A stretch of DNA of 64,000 nt from Eledone cirrhosa (lineage: Eukaryota), in contig OZ024757.1 of assembly GCA_964016885.1 (NCBI GenBank), positions 31,434,001-31,498,000 of the forward strand, given 5' to 3'. How positions within the stretch are numbered: position 1 is the first letter of the stretch; every line of letters begins with the position of its first letter. The position numbers and the translations under genes were made by a program. A model generated the notes under the pieces. It worked only from the letters and a program-made list of their open reading frames with translations, was not told where the DNA came from and ran no database searches. Of the stretch, positions 13,613 to 27,485 are shown piece after piece.

Positions 13613-14072
13613 CCTCATCTCTCTGTATAGTGAGCAAATGGGGTCGCACGTGCTGGCCGCCCCACTTACATATATATATATGTATGTATGTATGTATGTA
13701 TATATATATATAAAGAAGGAGTTGTGGTAAGGAACCAGATGGACCATAACGCACCAGAGTACTCAATACTTAGGGTAGTAGAGTGGGAAATAGGAGAAAG
13801 TATGACGCCGACGGCAGAGCTCAAGCCGTTTCGACGGCTATTTCTGGAGCCGTCGAAACGGCTTGAGCTCTGCCGTCGGCGTCATATTTTCTCCTATTAC
13901 CCACTCTACTACCCTAAGTATTGAGTACTCTGGTGCGTTATGGTCCATCTGGTTCCTTACCACAACTCCTTCTTTATATATATATATATATATACACACA
14001 TACATACATATATATGTAAGTGGGGCGGCCAGCACGTGCGACCCCATTTGCTCACTATACAGAGAGATGAGT
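13613..14072. repeat. Near-perfect ~460-bp palindrome between (TA)n tracts
   Basis: Arms of ~225 bp around an 8-nt spacer (atttctgg). A related element occurs at 62765-62910. Confidence 0.9.
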
Positions 14073-14196
14073 ATATATATATATATATAGAAAGATTTGA
14101 ATGGATACAGTTTAGTTGAAAGGAATTTATTGACACGTGTTTCTATAACAGTTACATAACCTAAAACAGCTGCTATCTACAACACAACGGAAAATA

Positions 14197-14239
<43 letters not shown>

Positions 14240-14243
<4 letters not shown>

Positions 14244-14440
14244 GGTGGATTGGCAGTATCAGTAGAGAGTCGGACACCATGCTTTGCAACACAGAGTCAC
14301 GGCCCTTTACGGTCTGAGTTCAAACCCGCTGAAGTTAACTTTGCCTTTCATCCTTACAGGATCGATAAAATAAAGCACCAGTAATGTATTGAGGTCGATT
14401 TGATCGACTTTCCACACATCCCAAATCACTATTTCTGGCA
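14240..14440 (+). mobile_element. Near full-length OK-type SINE
   Basis: ggtggtggattggcagtatcagtagag...gagttcaaacccgc...ataaaataaagcaccag. Confidence 0.75.
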
Positions 14441-14541
14441 ATATTATAACAATATGACCCTCGCCAAGTATAGCTATATATATATATATATATTATGAAA
14501 ATAAACCAAAGAAGCCTTCCATACATCAAAAGTCTTTATTA

Positions 14542-14580
14542 GCCAACAATGTTTCGTCCTATTAAGGACTCATCAGGGCA
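14542..14580 (-). ncRNA. Minimal type-I hammerhead ribozyme motif
   Basis: Minus strand reads GCC-CUGAUGA-GUCC-uuaaua-GGAC-GAAAC-auu-GUU-GGC: core boxes, 4-bp stem II, stem I GCC/GGC. Confidence 0.75.
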
Positions 14581-14644
14581 ATTAAATGTCATTTCTATAA
14601 TACGAAGAGGGTGTTTAACTCCAACACACTCTAGTATTTTAATT

Positions 14645-14691
<47 letters not shown>

Positions 14692-15043
14692 GAAAGTATA
14701 GAAATTATTGTGAGCGTGAAGCCAACAGTATTTCATAATATATAAGTGACTATTGCGTCAAAATGGAAAAATAGTTAACGTAAGATGTGGGAAAATAATT
14801 CAAGCTCAATTCAAAAAAATCAAGACATAGATTTATCCACAGAATTTAGTGAAATCCAGGGAAAAATCAATAGAGCCTTAACTCAGATACACAATATATT
14901 AATTGTTTCTACTTTAGGCACAAGGCCAGCAATTACCCAGTGCATTACTGGTACTTTATTTTCTCGACCCCGTAAGGATGAAAGGCAAAGTCAATACACA
15001 ATATATATTAATAAATGGAAACTATATTTATAAAACCATAATT

Positions 15044-15107
15044 ATTTTATTATATATATTTCAAGGGCAACCAAGGCAAATTATGGTGCGCTTTCATCAG
15101 ATAAAAT
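15044..15107 (-). ncRNA. Hammerhead ribozyme motif (near-identical to 957-1020)
   Basis: Same core and stems as 957-1020, with stem III loop uauaua. Confidence 0.55.
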
Positions 15108-15299
15108 ACAGATTTGTTTTATAAATAAATATTGACATACCCGGAAAAAAGACAATCTTAACGGTTGGAGCTTCCTGGATTGTATTTTACTCCACTAACT
15201 GTTGAGTGCTTTATATCAGTTATAAAAATGTTTAAGCTTGTTGAATCCCAACAAATTAAATATAACCTCTGCATATATATATATATAGTTGTTTTTTTT

Positions 15300-17740
15300 G
15301 TTAATTCTGCGGCCAAGCTGGGGCACTGCTTTATTTATTTTTTTATATAATTATTATAATAATTTCAGTTATATGACTGCGGTCAAGCTGGGGCACTGGC
15401 TTGTTCTTTTACTAATTATAGCCATTAGACTGCGGCCAAGCTGGGGCACTGTATTTTTTTTATTCTTTTACTGGTTCTAGACATTAATCCGCGGCCAAGC
15501 TGGGAAACTGTATTTTTTTTATTCTTTTACTGGTTCTAGCCATTAGACTGCGGTCAAGCTGGGGCACTGTATTTTTTTTATTCTTTTACTGGTTCTAGCC
15601 ATTAGACTGCGGCCAAGCTGGGGCACTGTATTTTTTTTATTCTTTTACTGGTTCTAGCCATTAGACTGTGGCCAAGCTGGGGCACTGTATTTTTTTTATT
15701 CTTTTACTGGTTCTAGACATTAATCCGCGGCCAAGCTGGGGCACTGTATTTTTTTTATTCTTTTACTGGTTCTAGCCATTAGACTGCGGCCAAGCTGGGG
15801 CACTGTATTTTTTTAATTCTTTTACTAATTATAGCCATTAGACTGCGGCCAAGCTGGGGCACTGTATTTTTTTTATTCTTTTACTGGTTCTAGACATTAA
15901 TCCGCGGCCAAGCTGGGAAACTGTATTTTTTTAATTCTTTTACTGGTTCTAGCCATTAGACTGCGGTCAAGCTGGGGCACTGTATTTTTTTTATTCTTTT
16001 ACTGGTTCTAGCCATTAGACTGCGGCCAAGCTGGGGCACTGTATTTTTTTTATTCTTTTACTGGTTCTAGCCATTAGACTGTGGCCAAGCTGGGGCACTG
16101 TATTTTTTTAATTCTTTTACTGGTTCTAGACATTAATCCGCGGCCAAGATGGGGCACTGTATTTTTTTTATTCTTTTACTGGTTCTAGCCATTAGACTGC
16201 GGCCAAGCTGGGGCACTGTATTTTTTTTATTCTTTTACTAATTATAGCCATTAGACTGCGGCCAAGCTGGGGCACTGTATTTTTTTTATTCTTTTACTGG
16301 TTCGAGACATTAGACTGCGGTCAAGCTGGGGCACTGTATTTTTTTTATTCTTTTACTGGTTCTAGCCATTAGACTGCGGCCAAGCTGGGGCACTGTATTT
16401 TTTTTATTCTTTTACTGGTTCTAGCCATTAGACTGCGGCCAAGCTGGGGCACTGTATTTTTTTAATTCTTTTACTGGTTCTAGACATTAATCCGCGGCCA
16501 AGCTGGGGCACTGTATTTTTTTATTCTTTTACTGGTTCTAGCCATTAGACTGCGGCCAAGCTGGGGCACTGTATTTTTTTAATTCTTTTACTGGTTCTAG
16601 ACATTACACCGTGGCCAAGCTGGGGCACTGTATTTTTTTTATTCTTTTACTGGTTCTAGACATTAATCCGCGGCCAAGCTGGGGCACTGTATTTTTTAAT
16701 TCTTTTACTGGTTCTAGCCATTAGACTGCGGCCAAGCTGGGGCACTGTATTTTTTTAATTCTTTTACTGGTTCTAGACATTAATCCGCGGCCAAGCTGGG
16801 GCACTGTATTTTTTTTATTCTTTTACTGGTTCTAGACATTAATCCGCGGCCAAGCTGGGGCACTGTATTTTTTTATTCTTTTACTGGTTCTAGCCATTAG
16901 ACTGCGGCCAAGCTGGGGCACTGTATTTTTTTAATTCTTTTACTGGTTCTAGACATTAATCCGCGGCCAAGCTGGGGCACTGTATTTTTTTATTCTTTTA
17001 CTGGTTCTAGCCATTAGAGTGCGGCCAAGCTGGGGCACTGTATTTTTTTAATTCTTTTACTGGTTCTAGCCATTAGACTGCGGCCAAGCTGGGGCACTGT
17101 ATTTTTTAAATTCTTTTACTGGTTCTAGACATTAATCCGCGGCCAAGCTGGGGCACTGTATTTTTTTTATTCTTTTACTGGTTCTAGACATTAATCCGCG
17201 GCCAAGCTGGGGCACTGTATTTTTTTATTTTTTTACTGGTTCTAGCCATTAGACTGCGGCCAAGCTGGGGCACTGTATTTTTTTAATTCTTTTACTGGTT
17301 CTAGACATTACACCGTGGCCAAGCTGGGGCACTGTATTTTTTTTATTCTTTTACTGGTTCTAGACATTAATCCGCGGCCAAGCTGGGGCACTGTATTTTT
17401 TTTATTCTTTTACTGGTTCTAGCCATTAGACTGCGGCCAAGCTGGGGCACTGTATTTTTTTTATTCTTTTACTGGTTCTAGCCATTAGACTGCGGCCAAG
17501 CTGGGGCACTGTATTTTTTTATTATTTTACTGGTTCTAGCCATTAGACTGCGGCCAAGCTGGGGCACTGTATTTTTTTATTCTTTTACTGGTTCTAGCCA
17601 TTAGACTGCGGCCAAGCTGGGGCACTGTATTTTTTAAATTCTTTTACTGGTTCTAGACATTAGACTGTGGCCATGCTGGGGCACTGCCTTGAAAATTTTT
17701 TAACTTATATCGAACCAGACACTTTTATATTTTTTCAAGT

Positions 17741-17824
<84 letters not shown>

Positions 17825-18185
17825 AAAGAATTTAAAAAAACAGTGCCCCAGTTTGACCGCAGTCTAATGGCTAGAACCAGTAAAAGAATAAAAGAAACAG
17901 TGCCCCAGCTTGGTCGCTGTCTAATGGCTAGAACCAGTAAAAGAATAAAAGAAACAGTGCCCCAGCTTGGTCGCTGTCTAATGGCTAGGACTAGTAAAAT
18001 AACAGAAGGCAGTGCACCAGTCTGGCCGCAGTCATATGATTGAAATTAATATAAGAATAAGTAAATAAATAAATCTGCCCCAGCTTGGCCGTAGTCTAAT
18101 GGTTAGAACAAGTAAAAGAACAGAAGGCAGTGCCCCAGTTTGGCCGCAGTCATATTAATGAAATTGTTATAAGAATACATAATAG
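15300..18185. mobile_element. Foldback-like element: ~59-bp tandem array (15300-17690) and inverted shorter array (17835-18185) around a (CA)n(TA)n spacer
   Basis: Unit ctgcggccaagctggggcactgtattttttttattcttttactggttctagccattaga. The right arm is its reverse complement, including the outer variant units. Confidence 0.7.
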
Positions 18186-19167
18186 AATTAATAAAGAAAC
18201 AAACAAAACAAAAAACAAAAACAAATTTTTAATTTTCGAAAAAGGAGAAAAGAACAAAAAGTTCAAGGGGCAAGTAACTCTAAGTTACTAATTTTTTAGT
18301 TGTTTTCTGTCATTCTAAGTTGAATTGTTAGATGGTTAACACCTCTCTTGGATTACTTCAGGAATTACAAAGACTAACTTATTGAAATCTATCTATTAGG
18401 GGTAGAAAAGATATATATATTTAATTTAACAATTGAGAAACTAATATATATATATATATATTGTTATATTATGAAACTATGATAGTTTCATATTAAAAAG
18501 AAATTTTATTTCTGAAACATTTCGTAAATATATTCAAAGGATTAATACCGCTTTTCTTGGATTACCTAAAAAATTATAAGGATTAACTTATTGGAACTTA
18601 TATATTAAGGTAGGAACGATATATTTAATACATTTTTCGAAGATAAAATTTAAAAGAATATTATGAAACTTTGATAGTTTCATAATTTTTTTTTATTTCT
18701 GAAACATTTCGTAAATATAAAAATATATTTCTAATAATACTAATTCCGTTTACAGTTTCATTTTTTATTTTAGTAGATATTTTTTATAAACTTAATTGTA
18801 AAAGAAAAAAAAAAAATTGAAAAAGAAAAAAAAGTTATAAATATATATTTATATATATTATTATTTTTCTTATTTATAATGGCGACAAAAAAAAATAATA
18901 TGTAAATGCCAGATTTAAATTTTCTTACTAATACTATTGACAAAAAATTGTTTCTTGCTTTTAAATGTTTTGATATTATATAAAGTTATAAGGAAAATAC
19001 TTTTTTCTGTGAAAAATTGTTGTCGCTAACAAGTAAATAAGTATAATAATAGTTTGTTTATTCCGCGTATTTATAAAAATATAAATATATATCACTCATA
19101 GCTAAATATAAGTAAAATGTCTTTAAAGAAAGGGTTCCCTGCTACCGTATTTCAATTCTACTCCAGA

Positions 19168-19214
19168 TTATATATATATATACACATACATACACACATA
19201 TATATATTATACAT

Positions 19215-19264
<50 letters not shown>

Positions 19265-19943
19265 ATATATATACGCACGTGTGTGTATATATATATACAC
19301 ATACATATATATATAAGTACATATATGTATGTATATATGTGTATGTATATATATATATATATACGTGTATGTATGTATATATACGTGTATGTATGTATAT
19401 ATACGTGTATGTATGTATATATACGTGTATGTATATATATATATATACGTGTATGTATATATATATATATGTACATGTATGTATATATATGTACATGTAT
19501 GTATATATATGTACATGTATGTATATATATGTACATGTATGTATATATACGTGTATGTATGTATATATATATATATGTACGTGTATGTATGTATATATAT
19601 ATATGTACGTGTATGTATGTATATATATATATGTACATGTATGTATATATATATATATATATATACGTGTATGTATGTATATATATATATATATATACGT
19701 GTATGTATGTATATATATATATATGTGTGTATGTATGTATGTAGATATATATATACATGTATGTATATATAGTGTGTATGTATGTATATATATATATACA
19801 TGTATGTATATATAGTGTGTATGTATGTATATATATATATACATGTATGTATATATAGTGTGTATGTATGTATATATATATATACATGTATGTATATATA
19901 GTGTGTATGTATGTATATATATATATACATGTATGTATATATA

Positions 19944-19989
<46 letters not shown>

Positions 19990-22616
19990 ATATATAGTGT
20001 ATATGTATATATATATATATATATACATGTATGTATATATAGTGTATGTTTATATATATATATATACATGTATGTATATATAGTGTATGTATATATATAT
20101 ATATACATGTATGTATATATATATATACATGTATGTATATATAGTGTATGTATATATATATATATACATGTATGTATATATAGTGTATGTATATATATAT
20201 ATATACATGTATATATAGTGTATGTATATATATATATATATACATGTATGTATATATAGTGTATGTATATATATATAGTGTATGTATATATATATAGTGT
20301 ATGTATATATATATAATGTATGTATATATAGTGTATGTATATATATATATATATGTACATGTATGTATATATACGTGTATGTATGTATATATATATGTAT
20401 GTATCTATGTGTATGTATGTATATATATATATATGTATGTATCTATGTGTATGTATGTATATATATGTACATGTATGTATATATACGTGTATGTATGTAT
20501 GTATATATACGTGTATGTATGTATGTATATAATGTGTATGTATGTATATATATGTGTATGTATGTATATATATGTGTATGTATGTATATATATGTGTATG
20601 TATGTATATATATGTGTATGTATGTATATATATGTGTATGTATGTATATATATGTGTATGTATGTATATATATGTGTATGTATGTATATATATGTGGATG
20701 TATGTATATATATATGTGTATGTATGTATATATATATATGTGTATGTATATATATATATGTGTATGTATGTATATATATGTGTATGTATGTATATATATA
20801 TGTGTATGTATGTATATATGTGTATGTATGTATATATATATGTGTATGTATGTATATATATATATGTGTATGTATGTATATATATATGTGTATGTATGTA
20901 TATATATATGTGTATGTATGTATGTATATGTGTATGTATGTATGTATATGTGTATGTATGTATGTATATATATATGTGTATGTATGTATATATATATGTG
21001 TATGTATGTATATATATATGTGTATGTATGTATATATATATGTGTATGTATGTATATATATATGTGTATGTATGTATATATATATATGTGTATGTATGTA
21101 TATATATATGTGTATGTATATATATATGTGTATGTATGTATATATATGTGTATGTATGTATATATATATATGTGTATGTATGTATATATATATATGTGTA
21201 TGTATGTATATATATATGTGTATGTATGTATATATATGTGTATGTATGTATATATATGTGTATGTATGTATATATATGTGTATGTATGTATATATATGTG
21301 TATGTATGTGTATATATATGTGTATGTATGTATATATATATGTGTATGTATGTATATATATATGTGTATGTATGTATATATATGTGTATGTATATATGTG
21401 TGTGTATGTATATATATGTGTGTGTATGTATATATATGTGTGTGTATGTATATATATGTGTGTGTATGTATATATATGTGTGTGTATGTATATATATGTG
21501 TGTGTATGTATATATATGTGTGTGTATGTATATATATGTGTATGTGTGTATGTATATATGTGTATGTATGTATATATATATATGTGTGTATGTATGTATA
21601 TATATATATGTACATGTATGTATATATACGTGTATGTATGTATATATATATATGTACATGTATGTATATATACGTGTATGTATGTATATATATATATGTA
21701 CATGTATGTATGTATACGTGTATGAATGTATATATATATATGTACATGTATGTATGTATACGTGTATGTATATATATATATATATGTACATGTATGTATA
21801 TATACGTGTATGTATATATATATATATATGTACATGTATATATACGTGTATGTATATATATATATATATGTACATGTATACATACGTGTATGTATATATA
21901 TATGTACATGTATATATACGTGTATGTATGTATATATATATGTACATGTATATATACGTGTATGTATATATATATATATGTACATGTATATATACGTGTA
22001 TGTATATATATATATATGTACATGTATATATACGTGTATGTATATATATATATATGTACATGTATACATACGTGTATGTATATATATATGTACATGTATA
22101 TATACGTGTATGTATGTATATATATGTACATATATATATATATATGTACATGTATATATACGTGTATGTATGTATATATATATATGTACATGTATATATA
22201 CGTGTATGTATGTATGTATATATATATATGTACATGTATATATACGTGTATGTATGTATGTATATATATATATGTACATGTATATATACGTGTATGTATG
22301 TATATATATATATATGTACATGTATATATACGTGTATGTATGTATATATATATGTACATGTATATATACGTGTATGTATGTATATATATATATATGTACA
22401 TGTATATATACGTGTATGTATGTATATATATATATGTACATGTATATATACGTGTATGTATGTATATATATATATGTACATACATATGTATGTATGTATA
22501 TATATATGTACATACATATGTATGTGTATGTATATATATATATATGTACATGTATATATACGTGTATGTATGTATGTATGTATATATATATATATATATA
22601 TATATACATACATATG

Positions 22617-22656
<40 letters not shown>

Positions 22657-22750
22657 TGTATATATACGTGTATGTATGAATGTATATATATATGTACATG
22701 TATCTATATATACGTGTATGTATGAATGTATATATATATATGTACATATA
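19168..22750. repeat. 3.6-kb compound microsatellite (TA/TATG/TACG/TGTA)
   Basis: Direct reading. Confidence 0.97.
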
Positions 22751-22860
22751 AGTATTGAAATTTCCGTAGAAAACAGAAAAGATCATAGAAGTGAATGAAG
22801 AGTGCTCTATGTAAGTACCAGAGCAAAGTTTAATGTATAAAAATCAATACAATATGATTA

Positions 22861-22930
22861 CCTCATTACCAGAGGTTTCCCGAATGAGGCGAATACGAAA
22901 GAAAAGTCTTCATTCGTTCGTCAGACGAGG
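22861..22930 (-). ncRNA. Type-I hammerhead ribozyme motif
   Basis: CCUCGU-CUGACGA-[acgaauga...ucauucgg]-GAAA-CC-ucu-GG-UA-AUGAGG. All three stems are present and the cleavage triplet is GUA. Confidence 0.7.
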
Positions 22931-23057
22931 CAATATAAAACCCTCAAAAAAATTGTCGGAAAATTTGTTTTTAGCAGAAAATTCTTAGTTTCAAAAAATG
23001 TGTGTACTTTGCTCGTTTAATTACAGGAAACATAATAAAATATGTACAATAGAATAA

Positions 23058-23605
23058 TGTCGCTGTGGATCCACCGTGGACCCTTTCGGCATCCACCCGC
23101 TTTCCTGTCGCCACAGTGCCGACCGTCTTCCACGCTATGCTGCCCTCAACGAGGTCATAAAGCATGGCTTGGACGCTGCAGGCTTTCCGTGCCAGCTCGA
23201 GCCGGTGGAGCTGGACTGAGAGGACGCCAAAAGGCCAGATGTCATGAACATCTTCCCGTTCCAAGGTGGCAAACCCCTCGTCTGGGATGCCACTTGCACC
23301 GACACTTTCTGCAGCCGCAACCTGGTGCAGTCTGCGACTGACCCAGCTTCTGCTGCACGTCGGTCTGAGGAGGCTAAACTACTCAAATACCTGTCGCTCT
23401 CCGACAGGTTTGCGGTTGTAACCCTGGCAGTGGAGACTTCTGGTGTCCTCGGGCCTAGGACTACCTCCTTACTCACCATCCTAGGCGCTGAGCTGGCCAA
23501 CCGCAGGTGTGAGCCCCGCGAGTTGGAGTGGATTTTCCAGCGCGTCTCCCTTGCTGTCCTCCGGGGAAACGCCTTCTCCATTCTGACCGCCGGGGCTCCA
23601 TCGCG
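23058..23605 (+). mobile_element. CRE-like non-LTR retrotransposon C-terminus (restriction-like endonuclease domain), degenerate
   Basis: LEPVELD*EDAKRPDV...PFQGGKPLVWDATC...KLLKYLSL...AVETSGVLG...FQRVSLAVLRGNA: RPD/WD.T/KY/ET.G/QR.S.A..RGN pattern, with an in-frame stop. Confidence 0.75.
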
Positions 23606-24509
23606 TATCATTCCATATTTAGTTGTGGTCGGTGTGTGTGTGTTTGTATATATTGCTTTTGTTTTCATTCAGCATCGTCATTCTTCATTAAGACTGTTTT
23701 AGTAGTCTATCTAAACTATAATGATTGGTGTGTATAAAAATGATCAGTGAACTTTTATATTATATACCTGTCATCTTATATAGCGTATTTCTTGTTTATT
23801 CAAATAACACAAAAATAATGACATATTCGTATTCTCCCTTATTAATATTTTCATTATTTTGAAATTGTTTTTAAAAAAATGGTGGTAAATTTGAAGTTTC
23901 AAAATAAGTTTATATTCCCTTCATATTATCAATATCATATTATAACTGTCAATATATTTATGTATATATGTGTATATTGTACATAGTACACCATAGAAAT
24001 TGTTAGTGTTTGTGCTTTCATATTATATACTTCGTGAAGTTTGTAAAGTTTTTGTGCAGGTGTCGCAAAAAATGCAGCCAGTTTACTCTCTAAGATTAAT
24101 CATTTTTGTCGGAAAATTATGAACGTCTACACCTCCAAAAGTCCCCTCCCAAATGTATATACGTTTTGATTGGAATGCTGTTGAAGTGTTTATACATCTT
24201 TGGGACACCCTGTCTATATATATATATGAATAATGATTTAGTCAAAAGTAAGCAGACGACATTTTTTGTTATAAGATTGTTTCTCTACCGATCAGCTCGG
24301 GTTTGATCATGCGATAGGATCCCGACTCTTAATCGATACTTCTTCAGATATGAGAGTTTACAAGGGTGGTCCCATCCAAAATGTTGACATGTGTTCCGTG
24401 TTCGTTTTGTGTATATGTATATATATTAACGAGAGATGGATCCAGTAACAGCATCTAGTGCTTCGACCAACGTCGCTGCAAGAAACAAGTTACCGACATA
24501 ATAACCTAC

Positions 24510-24801
<292 letters not shown>

Positions 24802-24916
24802 TAATAAAAGGAATTCCAACTTTGTCTGATTTACTCGTTTTATTTACAATCCTTTAAAATTTATAATGGTATAAGAATGAAATAGTATGGTAGAATATTA
24901 AATGTTAAGTGTTAAT

Positions 24917-24955
24917 TGAACAAGTACTTTCATGCTTTCGCAATCTTCAGGTTCA
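24917..24955 (-). ncRNA. Minimal hammerhead ribozyme motif (inverted partner of 25013-25051)
   Basis: Reverse-complement copy within the ~24907-25061 palindrome. Confidence 0.65.
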
Positions 24956-25012
24956 TATTCTGTGGTGACAGTCAAGTTGAAAATTGCAAACTTGACTTGT
25001 CACCACAGAATA

Positions 25013-25051
25013 TGAACCTGAAGATTGCGAAAGCATGAAAGTACTTGTTCA
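25013..25051 (+). ncRNA. Minimal hammerhead ribozyme motif
   Basis: UGAAC-CUGAAGA-uUGC-gaaa-GCAu-GAAA-guac-UU-GUUCA. Stem III region is the palindrome AAGUACUU. Confidence 0.65.
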
Positions 25052-25309
25052 ATTAACACTTCGTTGAAACTCTTTTCCTAATATATCAAACGTTAAACTT
25101 ATCTATTCTATTTGTGCTGTGTTTGTTGTGTTACGATTTCTACCCTGAACATGTATAAAGGGAGCAAGCAAATTGTTTGTTTAATCTGTTAGTCTGTTAA
25201 AATATTCGTTCTACGGTTATATTACTGCGTATACATACATACATGTATATCTGTATACACGCGCACACACATATTATGGACTCTTCCGTCGATATCCGAT
25301 GTATGAGTG

Positions 25310-25720
25310 CCCAACAAAAGTTCAGCTACTTGGATGGTGGTGTCTCATGTGACATTTCAATCCCACCAGTGACCCGCAAACCAAGCCACATAGGGTACAA
25401 GAGCAAGAGTTTATGGAGAGTCTTGCAGGTATCAAGGCCCGTTGCTTCGTCCCTGTTCGGTCAACACGCAATTTCTCCATGCGACTGGATTCAAAGCCCT
25501 TGATCGCACTATGGCACCTTTCTTCCCAGTCCTTTCTGTCAGCAGCTATTTGTTCACAATCATGGAAAGGGATTGCAAGAGCAGTGAGATTTGATTTCAA
25601 CTTATCCTTATATCATAGCCATGTTCTACCAACTTTCCTGTTGCCACCGCTAAGCTAACCATACATGAGGGGTTTTGGAATTCTGTCGTCACTCATGCGG
25701 ATGACATGGTCAGCTCAGTG
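25310..25720 (-). mobile_element. RTE-group LINE 3' fragment with C-terminal CCHH zinc finger
   Basis: HVIRMSDDRIPKPLMYG*LSGGNRKVGR...AADRKDWEE...CTLCGLVCGSLVGLKCHMRHH. Confidence 0.75.
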
Positions 25721-25989
25721 TGAGTTAGGTTTCGATAATCTACGCCTTCACTACAATAGATCTTTGAAAGAAATCGATATAGATTTCACTACCGTTTTTA
25801 TGAAGTATATATATATATATATATTTTTTAATGTTTATAAAATTGGATCCATATTTCTACTTTTACGTTTTGATCTTGAAGAGAAATGCCACTGAAATAT
25901 TAAAGTATATTTCACCCATCCCTGGGGGCGGGAAGGGGACATTGTCAAACACTGGCTGATTTTAAAATCGATTGCCTGACTGCATTAGT

Positions 25990-26075
25990 TGATAGTTCAA
26001 GCTTGGTTGTTTCAATGACTTAGCCTCGCCATCATCCACTGTAATGCTGCAAGTGTGTTAACTTGCCTAAAAAAA
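25990..26075 (+). mobile_element. CRE-like non-LTR 3' fragment
   Basis: QAWLFQ*LSLAIIHCNAASV. Confidence 0.5.
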
Positions 26076-26274
26076 GGTCCTATCACCTTTGTGGTGTGTG
26101 ACCGTTTGAATTGGTCTTTTTTTTTCTCTTTGATTGTATATTTTTGCGCCTTATTTTATTTATAAGTATTGTTATATTTGGGGAGGGTCATGTTATAATA
26201 TTGCCAAAAATATATAGTAAAACACACTCACTGTTTGGTTTGGCTTGGTTTTCGCTTCAGTGTATTTCATATAT

Positions 26275-26480
26275 GAAGGCGCGTGGCCGAGTGGTTAGAG
26301 AATTGGATTCGTAATCATGAGGTTGTGATTTCAATTCCTGGACCGGACAATGCGTTATGTCCTTGAGTAAGACACTTTATTTCACGTCGCTCCATCTACA
26401 TGGAGTTGCGACCGATAGAGAGTATTAGCAATTGGAAAAACCAACGGAAACATTGTTTCCTCGGTCCGATTTAATGAAAG
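26275..26480 (+). mobile_element. OR-type SINE copy
   Basis: Matches 5930-6135. Confidence 0.75.
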
Positions 26481-27189
26481 CGGATATTTTATATTTCTAT
26501 AATTAATTCAGCTGGCAATCAAAGTATATCATTGATTGACCAACAGTTAAAAATATCGATATAACTTTATTTAAAAGGTTCCTAGCAATACTTAATTGAT
26601 TATATGTATTTCTATCTGATATAAATGTAATACAAATTCACTTTAGCTTAATCTTTTAGCATTTACATTACTCTATATTTACTATCATATTTACACGGTA
26701 AAGTCTCTAACTTACATAATTATCTCACATAATATCGAATCTATGAGATTTTTATATTATTTATTTTGAGAACAATACCTTAACAGTATGAGTGGCCGGT
26801 TACAGCCGATTTGAACATAGAGATGAGAATTCTGGCCGGTTTAAAATACTCAAGGGGTTAATACCGATGCTGTTATTCAAAGAGTATGGAAAGGTCGACG
26901 GACTAATTACCAAGTTCTATGGAAAAAATAGTTAGGAAAATTCTTCTACCACGTGGCATAGATAAGTAGTTTGCTGACCAAGTATTTGAGACCCCCAGTT
27001 GAGAAGGACGTGTGTGTGTGTTTTAATTTTTCCTTGTACAGTATGGGTCTGAGTGAGGTTGCATGTGGTTTTATCGATTACATTTGCTGGAGTTGATGTA
27101 TTTACGTTCATAGTGAGTTCGATAAAGTACAGTGCACTAGAAAGTGTCCCATCTGCGGCAATGCACTGTTGAGAGGGGTACTCATCAGG

Positions 27190-27485
27190 ACTACCCGAGG
27201 ACATAACCGGAAGCTCCAGGTACAACACTAACCAACTCCTAGGAACCACTTCTTTTCTGCACGTGCGATCAACCACTGGAACAACCTCAAACAAGAAACA
27301 GTTGACTCCACCCTCAGTCAACATCTCTAAGTCAAGGCTGGAGAAGGAGTGGACCAGCCACCCGCTCAAGTTTAACTATCGCTTCTCGTATTGATACCTA
27401 GCGATGCTCGATACTCAGATCATCTCTACCTTGATATGACTCTAATTACCTTTACCAGGTACCAAATGACCATGCTTAAGATATG
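27190..27485 (+). mobile_element. CR1/L2-clade LINE 3' end (second family)
   Basis: TRGHNRKLQVQH...RNHFFSARAINHWNNL. The 3' UTR recurs at 28527-28672. Confidence 0.7.

Noticed and set aside
14785-15033. Possible PLE coding remnant next to a hammerhead
   Set aside because: No RT or GIY-YIG motif is recognisable, and half of the ORF is SINE sequence.
15420-17690. CRISPR-like regular array
   Set aside because: Whole units repeat with no variable spacers.
19117-22798. ORFs up to 1151 aa of YI/HT/VC repeats (also at 5.5-8, 41.6-42.3 and 49.9-52.3 kb)
   Set aside because: Translations of TA/TG microsatellites that lack stop codons by composition and are open in several frames on both strands.
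27180-27195. CUGAUGA on the minus strand (also at 5446, 30427, 48327, 48517 and 63287)
   Set aside because: No properly spaced GAAA...UH with stem I pairing, so not counted as hammerheads.
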